From Nemertoderma westbladi (lineage: Eukaryota > Animalia > Xenacoelomorpha): a DNA stretch of 36,451 bases. Below are positions 1-11,137 of the stretch, in pieces; the first letter of the stretch is position 1, and every line of letters begins with the position of its first letter. Location: NCBI GenBank assembly GCA_032718475.1, contig JAUCBJ010000695.1:1-36451 (forward strand). Reading direction: 5' to 3'. Both the position numbers and the translations under genes were made by a program. The notes below the pieces were generated by a model. The model had not been told where the DNA came from. It did not search any database and was given only the letters and a program-made list of their open reading frames with translations.

Positions 1-577
1 CTTTGATTTTAAAAAATGGTACCTGACAGGACTTCCGATCATCTGATCCTAATTAAATATGCCGATAAAATAGAGTGTCGATTGGGAACATGCATGAGTC
101 TTGGGAGTACAGTACTGTACTGTAGGGCCTAACATAGGGGTAGGGCTGTAGGCTGGTAGGGGTGGTTAATAAACCTGTCAGTTTGATTTCAAATAGGCCT
201 AGGGGCTAGACCTATTTGAAAACTCTAAAATACTTCAACTTGTATAAATAAATCATAGGCCTATACTGTTTCTAGTATACTGACTGTCCATGTATCTAAG
301 TAATAGATTGTACTTTGAATGTACATACAGTACATTCAGACCAGTTGGCCTACATACGACAGTAGACTGAAAAAATCAGAATATAGTAGGGAATTTAGTT
401 TCAGAATATAACAATACAGAATATATAATAATATATACAGTAATAAATACAGAATATAATTTGGTTATCTGACGCGCCCATTTTATTTTGAATAGGCCTG
501 GTTCCGGTCCTTTTGTATTATTTGTGGTAGGCCTACTGTACCTTCTGAGTGCTTACAACATATATAATATTTTTGTT

Positions 578-3500
578 ATGGATGATGAGGAGACTGCAGA
601 ACTCTTAGATTTTGGATTGACAACTACATGTTCAGAACACATATCACCTTCGACCTCAAAAACATCAGGTGTGACACCTAGAGTTACACGAACGGAAACA
701 GTTCATTTAAAATGCCAGGAGCATCACAGCACCGGTAAAACAAATGTGTGGGGTTTGGAAAACAGAAGCTGTAGCAATTGTATTGGTTTTCCGTCATCTA
801 TTCTTCCAAATGGTAGACTGCCTCTAAAGAAAGAGGTATTGAGTTTTATTTTCCACATTAAAAGTTTGGAACCTAAGAAACAACCTAACATTATTTCATT
901 TAACAAAGTAGCATTAGCTATAATGCTACACTGGATATACTGTAATGTGTATACATTTTCTAAGAAATGGGTTGTCAGCAAACTTATTGAGCTGTTTGAA
1001 GAACAGGCACAGATTCGAAAGTGGCCTGTCTCTAAACGTAGTCCAACATATTGGGAGAAATATCACAGTTTTAGACTTTCAATGAATGAACTTTTTGATA
1101 TCTATTGTACTGATATTTCCCGTCGTAAATCACAGGAACTAATATGGGAAGTTAAAATGACAAGTGATGATATAACATTTTACAATAATATGAAGAAGGT
1201 TCCTCAGATTGGTTATTGTGGAGAGTTTACTGATAGGAAGTGGAAGCTAATGACAGAAAGGAAACAAAAGGATAAGGAAAGACTACTTAAAGCTACTGAA
1301 GAACATTGTGCCAAAGATGTTGGAAATATACAGGAACTTGGAGTGTCTGATAATGAAATATCATCAGAATATACTACTGATGATGATGATGACTATTCTA
1401 CTGCTGATGATACTTATATGCCATCTAAGAAGAGACATAAGTTTGAATTCTTAGCAACCCAAGATGATCCCAATGATGACCTACCTATAAGGTACAGACA
1501 TATTAGGAATGGTCCAAGATCGATAAGACCAGAATATTACACTTTGATTCATCAATTGAAATCAGATTTACATATGTCACAACGACAGGCAGAAGGATCT
1601 GTGGTGGCTGTAGCTAATGAACTGTTTGGTCGGAGCCGTTTTGGTAAATGGAAGCCCCATGATACTTCAGAACCAACTGATGTAAATACATTACCTGCAG
1701 GGTCAAACTTAAGACGGACTGAGCCTTACATTGAGGCAATGGCACTTAGTGCCATAGTAGAAGAGGTCATGGATGATGCCAATGAAGGAACCATTTTATA
1801 TTCAAATGATGGGTCCAGTATTAGTGGCCTAGGAAACTTCATTGTTCAGTCCTTTACCATTAATGGTAAACTTAGAGCCTTGCCAACATTCGCTATATTT
1901 TCTGAGAAACGATCATCTTTGGTGGAAATGGAGACAATGACCCTGAGGATGCTATCAGCAGCTTGCGGATTTAGGTATTCTGAGAGGGAAATTCTACAGA
2001 AGATAAAGTTTGTTATGACTGACAGTACTTCACACAATTTGGGAGTTGTACAGAGTGTTTGTGAGAGCTATGATATAAGTGAGGATGACTACCCAAAATC
2101 ATTGGCTTGTAATATTCATCCTCTGATGATGTTTCAACGAAAAATGGTTGACATGTACCAGAAACTCCATGATGAGATTGGAAGAGAAAAAATTATGGAT
2201 TGCTTTCTAGTTGATATCGATTTGAAACATGAATCCTTCTTTGTAAAAGCTATTAAGTGTTTGTCATGTTTCATAAACAAAGACTATTCCGCGAAACCAT
2301 GGAACCGTCAAACACATTTTGATGACTTTATCCATCCAAACAAAAATGAGTCGTTATCTTGGAAAGACAGTCGATTTAATAGACTATTTGATTGCAGCTT
2401 GAGTTTACTTCATCATCTTGACGATATTAAAAACTATTTAGATAAGTATCAAAATATTATCAATGCTATTTCTATTTTAGATCGCCATTTAGTGATATGG
2501 AACTTTTGAAGCCTGTATTTGCAGCAACAGCATTGGTTGGAATACACATTACTCGCCCCTTCCAATTTCTTATTCAGGATAAAAAGACAACCTATTCTAT
2601 TCTATTGGAATCCTTTCCAACACTTTATAAGGAACTGATTTCGTTGCCCATAACTGACTTCATTCAGACTGAAGTGCAAGTATTAAAATTCGTATCTGCT
2701 GATATGTTTAGAAGTTCCCTACCCAAAGTGTGTCTTATTGATTCCCTAAACAGTTGTATTTCAGAATACCCTGGTGAAATTACGAAGCTTCTACGAAATG
2801 CCCTTCCTTCTTTAGCTCATGGTTTTGCAGTTCAGAAAGGAAGCTTGTTTGGATTTGGTCCTGAGTCTACGGTTTCAACAGATCATCTTCTTAATATTTC
2901 ACAAGTGTCTGAGCCAGAGTTAGTGTTATTAGACAAGCAACCAGTACATAACCTTGGTGAAGAAAGGAGTGTCGGATTCATTGGCTATGAGGTCAACATT
3001 TGAGGGAAAAGCAACTTAGAGGCAGCATCTCGCAAGATGATTCTCAATAAATCAAGTGACCTATTAATAAAAGAACTTCTATCCAGCTTTAGAAAGTTTG
3101 TAAAACCATCGAGGGTAATTAAAGAATATAAACTTGAATGGAATAAAAAGATGAAGGAACATCAAAAAGAAGGATATAGTTAAAAAGAAACCATAAACTT
3201 ACTTCAAGAAGCCAAGAACTATAATGATCTGGATTTCTTAAAAGCTCAAAAACTTCCTGGTCCCATAACATCAAAGGAAGAGATTGAAGAGTTGGTTAAT
3301 TCATCGTCATCCTTAGAGAGCAATGACAAAGAGGTAAACCATCATTTATATATTGAAATTCGATATGCAAGAAATACTTCGGTCTCACGAAATCCAACTG
3401 CAGCTGTATTTCGACTAAAGAGGAATGGACGAAATCTTACGACTGAAGAATATAAGCGAAACATTTTAACATATTTAAACAAGTCTAGAAGTCAAACATC

Positions 3501-3930
3501 TCTTTCAATAGCTGATCTAAATAAAGTCTTAATACAACTAGTTGGAACTGATCTGCCTTCATTGGCATCGGAAACTATTTCGGAGGAAACGTCAAAAGAC
3601 GATGATCCTGAATTCGCAGAAAACATAAAATATAATACTGGAGAGCATGTAGCAGCCTTCTGGGTAGATACTGGAAATAGAGTTCAATGGTATTTAGGAG
3701 TTGTTGAGGGAGTGTTTGAGTTATCCTTGAGTGTTTCGTACTTTGTTCGTAACGATAAAGAAGGTTTTGTTTGGCTCTTTCCCGAAGAGAAAGATACCCA
3801 TGTAACCTTAACTGAACAAATTTTACAGAGGAACATTGATGTATGTTATAGTAGTCAAGGTAGAATCAAGTGTAATGTATTGAACCAATCTGTTGTAGAT
3901 GCTTTAAATAGATTCACAAAGCAGAAATAA
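578..3930 (+). pseudogene. Divergent hAT-like (hATm/hATw/hATx-type) DDE transposase with a C-terminal Tudor/SH3-like domain; one frameshift and two nonsense codons
   Basis: ORFs 488-2509, 2497-3003 and 3292-3930 join into one protein of about 1100 aa from ATG 578, with a frameshift near 2490, TGA at 3001 and TAA at 3181. Motifs occur in hAT-like order: YSNDGS (D), VMTDST (D), CNIH (CxxH), HNLGEERSVG (E). The N-terminus (LPLKKEVL..HW..KL..LFDI) resembles that of the element at 27076-30893. Termini were not identified. Confidence 0.7.
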
Positions 3931-4644
3931 AGTTAGAATTTGGTCATAATGTAATAAATAATTGATCTCTATTAATACCAGTGATAATTAATTTTAACAT
4001 TTTTAAAGTGATGGTTGCCTATATAAAGGCACCCCCCAACACAAAGTATCACATATCACTGGAATCAGCATTAAATTTCACACATTTATAACTTGTACCC
4101 AAGGTCAAACAAATAAATTTTGATTTTAACATCTCCCCCTAAAAATAAACACAACTTGCTAAAAATTTCCCCTATAATGTTTTTTCCTATAGAACAGGAT
4201 GAAATTTTATTTTTAATAGTAAATAAGCTGCTTTTGCGTCGATTTTCACCTGGAGAGGGAAGAATATTGATTGTGCCGCCGCCCCCCCCCCCCCTACCTG
4301 CAGTTAAGTGAAAATATTTCGGCACCATTTAATTTTATTATCACGGTCGTGCATCAAGTAGTCTGTCAAAAGATACAATTCATTATAAACATAACAAAAT
4401 TAATTATAATATTTCTAAAAATATAAGGCAGATTATCCTAAAGTTAGCTCTTTAGTCTTTAGCAATCTTATACATTGACAAGACTTATAAAACAATTGAT
4501 GTTGAATAATTATTATTAAGATTAAAATATATTATTAGGAATTCGAAGAAAGCAAATTGTATTGAGTTAGTATTGGCAAGTTAATCTCACAAACCAGTCT
4601 AGTCTAACTTTAGAGTAGCCTTGTTCGCATTCTTACAGGTTTAG

Positions 4645-5070
4645 GCCTATAGATTCCACCGTCTTCGTTCAAGGTTTAATACTGCTGTACTGTAATAGAC
4701 TCCGTTATCCATCTTGATCGCTTCGCTATGCACCATCTTATTACTGGGTTTAATAAACTCCATCGCCTCCCTGTCTTGCTCTGTTTTGTAGATTATTTCG
4801 CCATCGTCTGATCGCTTTGGTTGCGTGTTTAATACTGTAATAGACTCTGTCGCCATCATATCGTTCTGGATACATTGAATAGACTCCATTGTCCATCGCG
4901 ATCTTTTCATTGTTTACGTTTAATTGACTCCGTCGCCTCCTCGGATTAGGAATCCGGCCGGGTTTCGTAGATTCCGCCATCGTTCAACAGTTCAGTGTTT
5001 TTAATCAAAGCCAGAATTCCGGCACCGGTACCACGATCAAAGATTTCGGAAGTAACAGACTCCGTCAACA
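4645..5070. repeat. Degenerate short-period repeat region (tagactccg..ccatc motif) downstream of the gag remnant
   Basis: About seven variants of (a)tagactcc(g/a)...ccatc/ccgtc. They read as repeated DNGVY/DRVY/DGVY on the minus strand. Confidence 0.45.
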
Positions 5071-5170
5071 ACACTCGGGGTTTAAAAAATACAACTATCT
5101 GGCAACTTGTAACTCAGTAACTGGGCGATCATCTATCTGATATTTGAAAAAGACTGTCTGACAGTTGGTA

Positions 5171-5896
5171 TCAGACTATCTGATAGTTAGCGCCCCATGG
5201 GTAAATCCTTACCCCATGGGCTGTTACCTCTCTGACTGACAGCGCAACAGTATGGCGACGTATTGTAGCCTCAACTCTCTTGGCTTCTGACAATACTCTT
5301 TCTATCACATCGCAAGATCCTGTTCTTTCTATAACTCGGGAGCGTAATACCGGTTGAAGTAACCGTTCCATGAATTCATCTACTCTTTCAGATTTTTCTT
5401 GTTTTATGTTTAGAAATTCTCCGTATTTCTCAAATTGTGTTTCGTTACTCAAAAATCTGTCCATCAATTCCTCCCTTAATTTTCTGTAATTTAATTTACG
5501 CAATCTAGCTACGTGTTGATCAAACCAAAGACATGCTCTACCTTCTAGGCATGCTGGAAGAATGCGACTCCGCTTTTGTTAATTCCAGTTATTAGCATTT
5601 GCCACTCTCTCAAATTTATTCAGAAACACTTCAATGTCGCCATTATTGTCTTGACCAGTAAATATCGGGGGCCTAATAGTATTTGAGGTGGACCCTAGGT
5701 ATATATTACCCTCATATTCTAGATAATTATGTTCGTGTTCAGGTAATGGTATTCTCCAATTATCATTGCGATATGTACGATCATGATCGTTATATGACTG
5801 ATCGAAATACTGTACGCCCCCACTCGTATTAGGCCTATATGTTCTATTATTAGACCTATCCAAATACTGTACGGCACTAGTACCAGTACTAGGCAT
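5171..5896 (-). pseudogene. Ty3/Gypsy-like gag (capsid) remnant
   Basis: PPIFTG..DIEVFLNKFERVANANNWN*..ACLEGRACLWF..YRKLREELMDRF..QEKSERVDEFMERL is a typical retrotransposon gag/MHR signature, with an internal stop at 5579. No pol or LTR was recognised. Confidence 0.8.
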
Positions 5897-6604
5897 ATTA
5901 TTATTTACTTTATTTGTATTTGTAATAATTTACAAAATAAATATTTGTAATTTGTAATGGTTATTTGTATCTGCTTTGCTCATAGCTTGGGTACTTACTG
6001 TATACATGGTCCTTAAGGTGAACCTGGGCATTTTTCAATAAAATCAACGAAAAGGTAGAAATTGTTGGAAATTATGATGAACTGGTCAGTCCAAAATAGC
6101 TGGCAGTATATGTGTACACAAAAACGTGCCAAGAAGAAGGTCCAAGGTTTTAGGAATTCCTGGAAATTCTGAAAAACAGCAGAAATTTCTGAAAAAAATT
6201 TAAAAAAATTAACGATTGCGAAAATAGCTAAAATTATTATTAACTGGAAAGTGGAAATGCAAGCTAGAGTAGGGCCATTATATTATATACCAAAGTAACA
6301 ACTATTTTTAGTTAAACTAAATTTAGCACAGGTAGGACGATAAACAATATAGGCTACTGAGAAAATTACAAAAGAATGAAATTATGAAAATTATTTATAA
6401 CTGGAAATTCCCACTAAGAACTATTATATACAGGTACCGCCGGGTACCAATGTAGCAATTATTGCAGATTATAATAGTAGAATCAATTTAGGCCCTATAT
6501 AGTATAGATCTATATAGAAACCAAATAAATATAATCAAATTAGGCCTATACAACAATTCAAGTTTAGACTAATTATGGTACTCTTCGAAGCAATTGCGAG
6601 CATT

Positions 6605-6831
6605 GATTCTGGGATTAATGTGTTTGGGGGCCTCCACATAATACAGTAAAACTGTCAGGCTGTTAGCCTTATATATAAGTAACACAAGTTATACTGTAAA
6701 CCAATTGAGGGAAAGGAGCAGGTTACAGAGGCAGGCTTTTCTAACCAAAACAATAAACGGCCACTTTCTGACTTTACCACAGTACCGTTACAGTACGTGG
6801 AGGCCCTGAAACACGTTAGTCCTGCGATTCC
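6605..6831. mobile_element. MITE of about 225 bp inserted in the piggyBac Cys-rich domain
   Basis: Imperfect TIRs: gggattaatgtgtttgggggcctccacat (6611-6639) versus the reverse complement of 6795-6823 (aggactaacgtgtttcagggcctccacgt). It splits HFCI from NARNCF. No clean TSD. Confidence 0.65.
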
Positions 6832-7041
6832 AGATACAGAGATACAATGCAAAAATGTACTTGACAGGCTTTACATCTAATATTATCGATCTTCTGCTTA
6901 GCACACTGGGCACATCTGCCTCGCCCATCATCTAGCTGAGGCATGTGGGCATTCAGAGCATAATAAACAATTGGTAAAAGAATCTTCTTGCGGTAATTGG
7001 TGGGAGCTTCCCTAGTACGGCTGCAGAAGTTTCCAATAGAC

Positions 7042-7298
7042 TAACAAGTAATTAAACAGGACTAAGGATGATCCAACTCTATAGCAAATGGAGCAGAAAA
7101 AATGAATTCGCCACCAGCGGGCATTGAACCCGCGTCTCCCGATAAACGTTCAGGTATGCTAACCATTACACCACGGAGGCTCCTTCATCTTTCCGATTGA
7201 TTTGCTATAGGTGGTAAGCTACCTTACGGTTGCTATTGAATACAGTCCTCCTTAAGGCGTAAGGATGGATTTAATCTGTATTCTGTTTCCGTTAATCT
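7042..7298. mobile_element. 257-bp insertion with an internal tRNA-like module and a 13-bp TSD
   Basis: gtttccaatagac is duplicated at 7029-7041 and 7299-7311. Removing the insert rejoins the piggyBac coding sequence (..IGNFCSR..). Confidence 0.85.
7109..7180 (-). tRNA. tRNA-like sequence (pseudo-tRNA, nominal anticodon GTT) followed by a T6 Pol III terminator
   Basis: GCCTCCG TG GTGTAATGGTTAGCAT A CCTGA ACGTTTA TCGGG AGAC GCGGG TTCAATG CCCGC TGGTGGC G forms a 72-nt cloverleaf with A and B boxes. The anticodon loop is non-canonical (C33, U37). TTTTTT lies at 7097-7102. Confidence 0.7.
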
Positions 7299-8916
7299 GT
7301 TTCCAATAGACACTGTTCGAGATTAAGTTTATAATCTAGCAGTCGGGACTTTTTACTGGTTAGTTGTTCCTGGACTCGGAAGGAATTAACAACACTGACA
7401 TCCAATAGATCAAATATTAATCGTAAATAAAACCGGAACCTGGACTTTCGATACAACTCGTAGCTGGCGTTCATCTGATCACAGAGATCTACCCCACTCA
7501 CGACTTGGTTGTAGACTTGGACTGATTTTGGACAATGTATGGACAGGACAGCTTATCAGACAGTCAGAAGTCCCATCTTGGTGCTTGGCGCCTCTTTACA
7601 ACTACAGTTTCTCTAGGGTTGATGAAATTATCCAACATATAAACAGAACGATTATCAACCCACTTGGTGGCGACGAGTGACTGAGTGATCCTGAGCAACG
7701 CCAATCAGTATCGCCTCTCTTAATTTCCTTATCATCTTTGAGCATATCAATAGGACATTGTTTGCGGTTTACTCGACAAGTACCCACTTGATTACAAGTT
7801 AATTTCAGTTAATTTTTGGACAAGATTAGGACTAGTGAATAATTTATCAGAGCCAGAGGCAATGTAATGTAATGAATACCAGTAGTATAGCCTAGGCTGC
7901 TAACCTACCTATTAGGGTGTGCCGATTTTTAGTTTTTGTTGAATTTTTATTTGTCTACCATTTAAAAAGTTGGTTTTCCATCCGAAATGAACATAAAAAT
8001 TATTTTTAGTGCGAAAAAATGAAAACTGCACCATGAGCTAGAAAATTTACAATTAACCAAAAAAATACATTTAATTATTAATTATACTGTAGTTTTAATA
8101 TTTTGAATTACTGCATATTGGTATTCTCTTCTTTATTAAGGAATGGTATGGAAATTCTAATAAAAAACGATGTATTCGATGCCATAAAGGATAGAAGACT
8201 CATACACATAATCAATAATAAGACATTTTTGTTACAATTTGATTATTTCAATTAAAACAGAACCTAATTCATATTATTTTCAATGATATAAAATATGTTA
8301 GAAAATGGGAGGGAAATTGAAACAGTATGAATATGTGGATATTGTGGATGCTTTAGCCGAATTTTTCGACTCACAAGGAATTCAAACTGTGTTGTTGGTT
8401 AGTCAAATATGCTATTCATGAAATTAACAAAAACTTTTTTTTTTAAATAGTAAATGTTAATAAACCTAAAAATGCTATAAAAAATAGGCATATATTTATT
8501 TTGAAAAAGGCATATGCAATAATATGAAAATTAAATCTATTTAAATAAATTAATATAAGTATTACAAAATATTTCTTTATATATATCTTACTATCAAAAA
8601 TATAATATCTACAAAATCTCAGGTCTGATTGTTAAATTTTACAAATTGCTACCTTAAGAAAGTAGTGAATAATAATTGTATTAATATTTAATATTTAATT
8701 TGAAATAAATTGGAGCAAATTCGCGTTAAGGTATGTTTGTCAGACCTATATTTAAAAAATAATATTTATTAAATGTGAGGTTCCCTCCCACCTTGGAGTA
8801 GTGGTTGCATTGAATTTACATTTCTCTTGGGAGTATAGTTATAGGGGGGACCGCACTGGAAACAAGTTGTCAGACTTTGTAGTAATTCCTTGACTAATCG
8901 CCGAAAAAAACCTTAC

Positions 8917-9066
8917 CTGGGGGCAATAGTTCGAGGGGGCCATTATCGTGGGGGCAATTATCTGGGGGGCAATTCTCCTCGGGGGAAATTGTCCGAGGGC
9001 AATTGTCCAGGGGGAAATAGACCGGGGGGGGGGGGGGGGGATTGTCCAGGGGGCAATTATCCTGTC
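8917..9066 (+). repeat. G-rich ~15-bp GGGGGCAATT(G/A)TCC repeats, probably one arm of a MULE/foldback-type MITE; G-quadruplex-prone
   Basis: About ten gggg(g)caatt.tc. units and a long poly-G run. It shares the CAATTGTCC motif with 22089-22230. Confidence 0.6.
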
Positions 9067-9078
9067 GGTGAAGGGATA

Positions 9079-9593
9079 ACAAAGACCCAAGACATTACTG
9101 CCCGTTCTGTACAAAACAAAGACCAAGACTTTACTGTCCGCTATGTACAAAACAAAGACTAAAGACTTTACTGCCCGTTCTGACAAAACAAAGACCCAAG
9201 ACTTTACTGCTCGTTCTGTACAAAACAAAGACCCATGACTTTACTGCCCGTTCTGTACAAAACAAAGACCAAGACTTTACTGTCCGTTATGTACAAAACA
9301 AAGACCAAAGACTTTACTGCCCGTTCTGTACAAAACAAAGACCCAAGACATTACTGCCCGTTCTGTACAACACAATGACCCAAGACTTTACTGTCCGTTC
9401 TGTACAAAACAAAGACCCAAGACTTTACTGCCCGTTCTGTACAAAACAAAGACCCAAGACTTTACTGCCCGTTCTGTACAAAACAATGCCCCGAGACTTT
9501 ACTGCTTATTCTGTACAAAACAAAGACCCAAGACTTTACTGCCCGATCTGTACAAAACAAAGACCCAAGATTTTACTGCCCGTTCTGTACAAA
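9079..9593 (+). repeat. Minisatellite, 36-38-bp unit GTACAAAACAAAGACCCAAGACTTTACTGCCCGTTCT, about 14 copies
   Basis: Head-to-tail near-identical units with no unique spacers. Confidence 0.95.
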
Positions 9594-9880
9594 CTATTAC
9601 TACTAGGATCGACATGCTGCATTTCGGCTGCATTATTAAGAATGCTGTGCCGGCGTTTCGACAAAATTGCGCCGCCACAACTCCCTATCACCCATGAAAT
9701 TCGCTAGATCATCCGCATCTTCAAGGCCAGTGTCCTTTAAGATGCGTCTCAAGAAAGTCATAGGCTGTCCACCATGTTTATTCACTCCATGAGGCTGCCT
9801 CAGTACAAGACAATGGACTGGCTGGTCCTCACGGCGAAAGCAATGTCCTGCAAAGCGGAGGCGATTTTGTTCTAGTGTCA
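9594..9880 (-). mobile_element. 5'-truncated RTE-clade LINE 3' end
   Basis: RLRFAGHCFR..LVL..P.G...G.P.TF...ILKDTG..DL..M.DR.LWR is the RTE ORF2 C-terminus, followed by a short (TAG/TAA)n tail at 9594-9605. It is inserted in a unit of the 37-bp array. Confidence 0.85.
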
Positions 9881-10649
9881 AAACAAAGAGTTAAAGTTGC
9901 GTTATGTCCAAAACAGCGTTAGGTCCTAAAGAGCGTAAGGTCCCATTGCCATTTAAAGGATCAGGTTAGTAAAGGAGCAGGTTACAGAAGCGTAATGGGG
10001 GAACCAAACAAAAAACGAAAGTTAACACATGTTACAAGATTATGCAGGTTACTTACTTAGGTCTTTGTTTTGTACTCACCCAGAAGCGCCAACATTGATA
10101 TATTAATTATCAATTAATTGTTTGCGTGTTAATATACTGTAATTAGAGCATAAAATAATTTGTAAAATTTAAGCAATTTTACTAATAATTGACTTCTTTC
10201 AGTGAGTTAGTGCAGGGGTTAAATTATATTATTGAATTAAATACCAAATTGTTAACATAATTTTCATCCTGTTAGAAAAGGTTTATAAAGAAGAAAACAC
10301 CTCTATGCAGTAAATGGCATTATTAAAACTACTGTAATAAATTAAATTTTTTTTGGTTAATTGTAAATTTTCGATCTCTTGGTGCAGGGGGTAATTTTCA
10401 TTTTTTCACACTAAAGATAATTTGTATGTTGATTTCGGATGGAAAGGCAACTTTTTAGTTGGTAGACAAATAAAAATTCAACAAAAACTGCAAATCGGCC
10501 CACCCTACTACCTATGTCCTGTATGAATAGAATATCTGAACATAGGCCTATCTGCCTATATAACATTAAGTTACTAATAGTTGGGCCAAATTATTACCTA
10601 CAGCCGGCCCGGCCCTACTTAGCAGCCCTGGTTAGGCTGTTTAGCTACT

Positions 10650-10768
10650 AACAAGTAGCTAATTCAGTAATTGAATTCCGTCGGAATTAGGCCTGACTGC
10701 CAGACAGCTGATACAGTGACCGGTAAAGATGATTGAGAAAACGAACCACCTTAAATCCCGTATGCTAA
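10650..10768 (-). pseudogene. Probable middle fragment of the same piggyBac transposase
   Basis: GFKVVRFLNHL...AVRPNS...SITE resembles the KxR..I.HL...SIDE block. It is in frame with RYIH at ~12375-12392 once 10769-12355 is removed. Confidence 0.5.
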
Positions 10769-11137
10769 GTGATTTTTTTGTGCGCCGAACGCGACGCGGC
10801 GCAGAAAAAATTGTGCGCCTGCGCAGTCGAAAACAGTGCAAAATCCGCGTGCGCAGCAAAAAAACTGCGCGAGATTGGCGCGCGCAGCAGAAATTCTGCG
10901 CGAGATTGGCGCGCACAGCAGAAATACTGCCAGACTGCGCGAAATCTCCTACCACGTACCTGCCTGCCTACTGCTGTACTGGCAGACTGGCCTAAAGCAC
11001 ACCAAGTACTGAAGTAGCCAAGTAGCAAGTCTGCAAGTAGGACTGTAGGAGGCTTATTATTTCAGTATTTCTTACAGTCTTATCTGTATTGTCATTACCC
11101 TGTTACCGGTAGTCAGCAGACTGCCAGGGGTAGCGGG

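Larger units (their letters stand above)
6567..7860 (-). pseudogene. piggyBac (PGBD4-like) transposase, C-terminal half, interrupted by two insertions
   Basis: DKLFTSP, GTCRVNRK, KRGD, YNQVVSGVDLCDQ, RLIFDLLDVSVVNS, then the Cys-rich domain RCAQCAK..RCKACQVHFC and, after the MITE, NARNCFEEYHN*. Confidence 0.85.
9067..10081. mobile_element. TIR element whose left arm is expanded into a 37-bp tandem array
   Basis: Left end ggtgaagggataacaaagacccaag matches the reverse complement of the right end, ggtgagtacaaaacaaagacctaag. No TSD seen. Confidence 0.55.
7913..10507. mobile_element. Non-autonomous hATm-type DNA transposon with about 170-bp TIRs and a perfect 8-bp TSD
   Basis: Termini TAGGGTG...CACCCTA. 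TIRs at 7913-~8085 and ~10330-10507. TSD ctacctat at 7905-7912 and 10508-10515. No transposase inside. Confidence 0.92.

Noticed and set aside
71-4333. Termini for the first transposase (tagagtg at 71; ggcaccatttaa near 4321-4332)
   Set aside because: The two sites are not inverted copies and no TSD was found; the left end probably lies outside the window.
7109-7180. Functional tRNA-Asn(GTT) gene
   Set aside because: The anticodon loop lacks U33 and purine 37, the acceptor stem has a mismatch, and it lies inside a TSD-flanked insertion.
8770-8910. Possible CR1/Crack LINE 3' end (gggggaccgcactggaaacaag...A7)
   Set aside because: The resemblance is from memory only, with no coding remnant or TSD to support it.
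9079-9593. CRISPR-like array of ~37-bp repeats
   Set aside because: The units are contiguous with no unique spacers, there are no cas genes, and the context is eukaryotic TE DNA.
7892-10630. Outer hAT MITE (taggctgctaa ... ttagcagccctg) hosting the hATm-type element
   Set aside because: Only a 9-bp inverted match and no TSD; plausible but unsupported.
6013-10754. Kolobok element bounded by TTAAGGTG (6013) and CACCTTAA (~10747-10754)
   Set aside because: The match extends only 4 bp beyond TTAA, and the right-hand site reads as piggyBac coding sequence (GFKV). The 6013 site may still be an unpaired terminus.
10659-11028. Four overlapping Arg/Ala-rich ORFs
   Set aside because: GC-rich subterminal repeats suppress stop codons, and no protein motifs are present.
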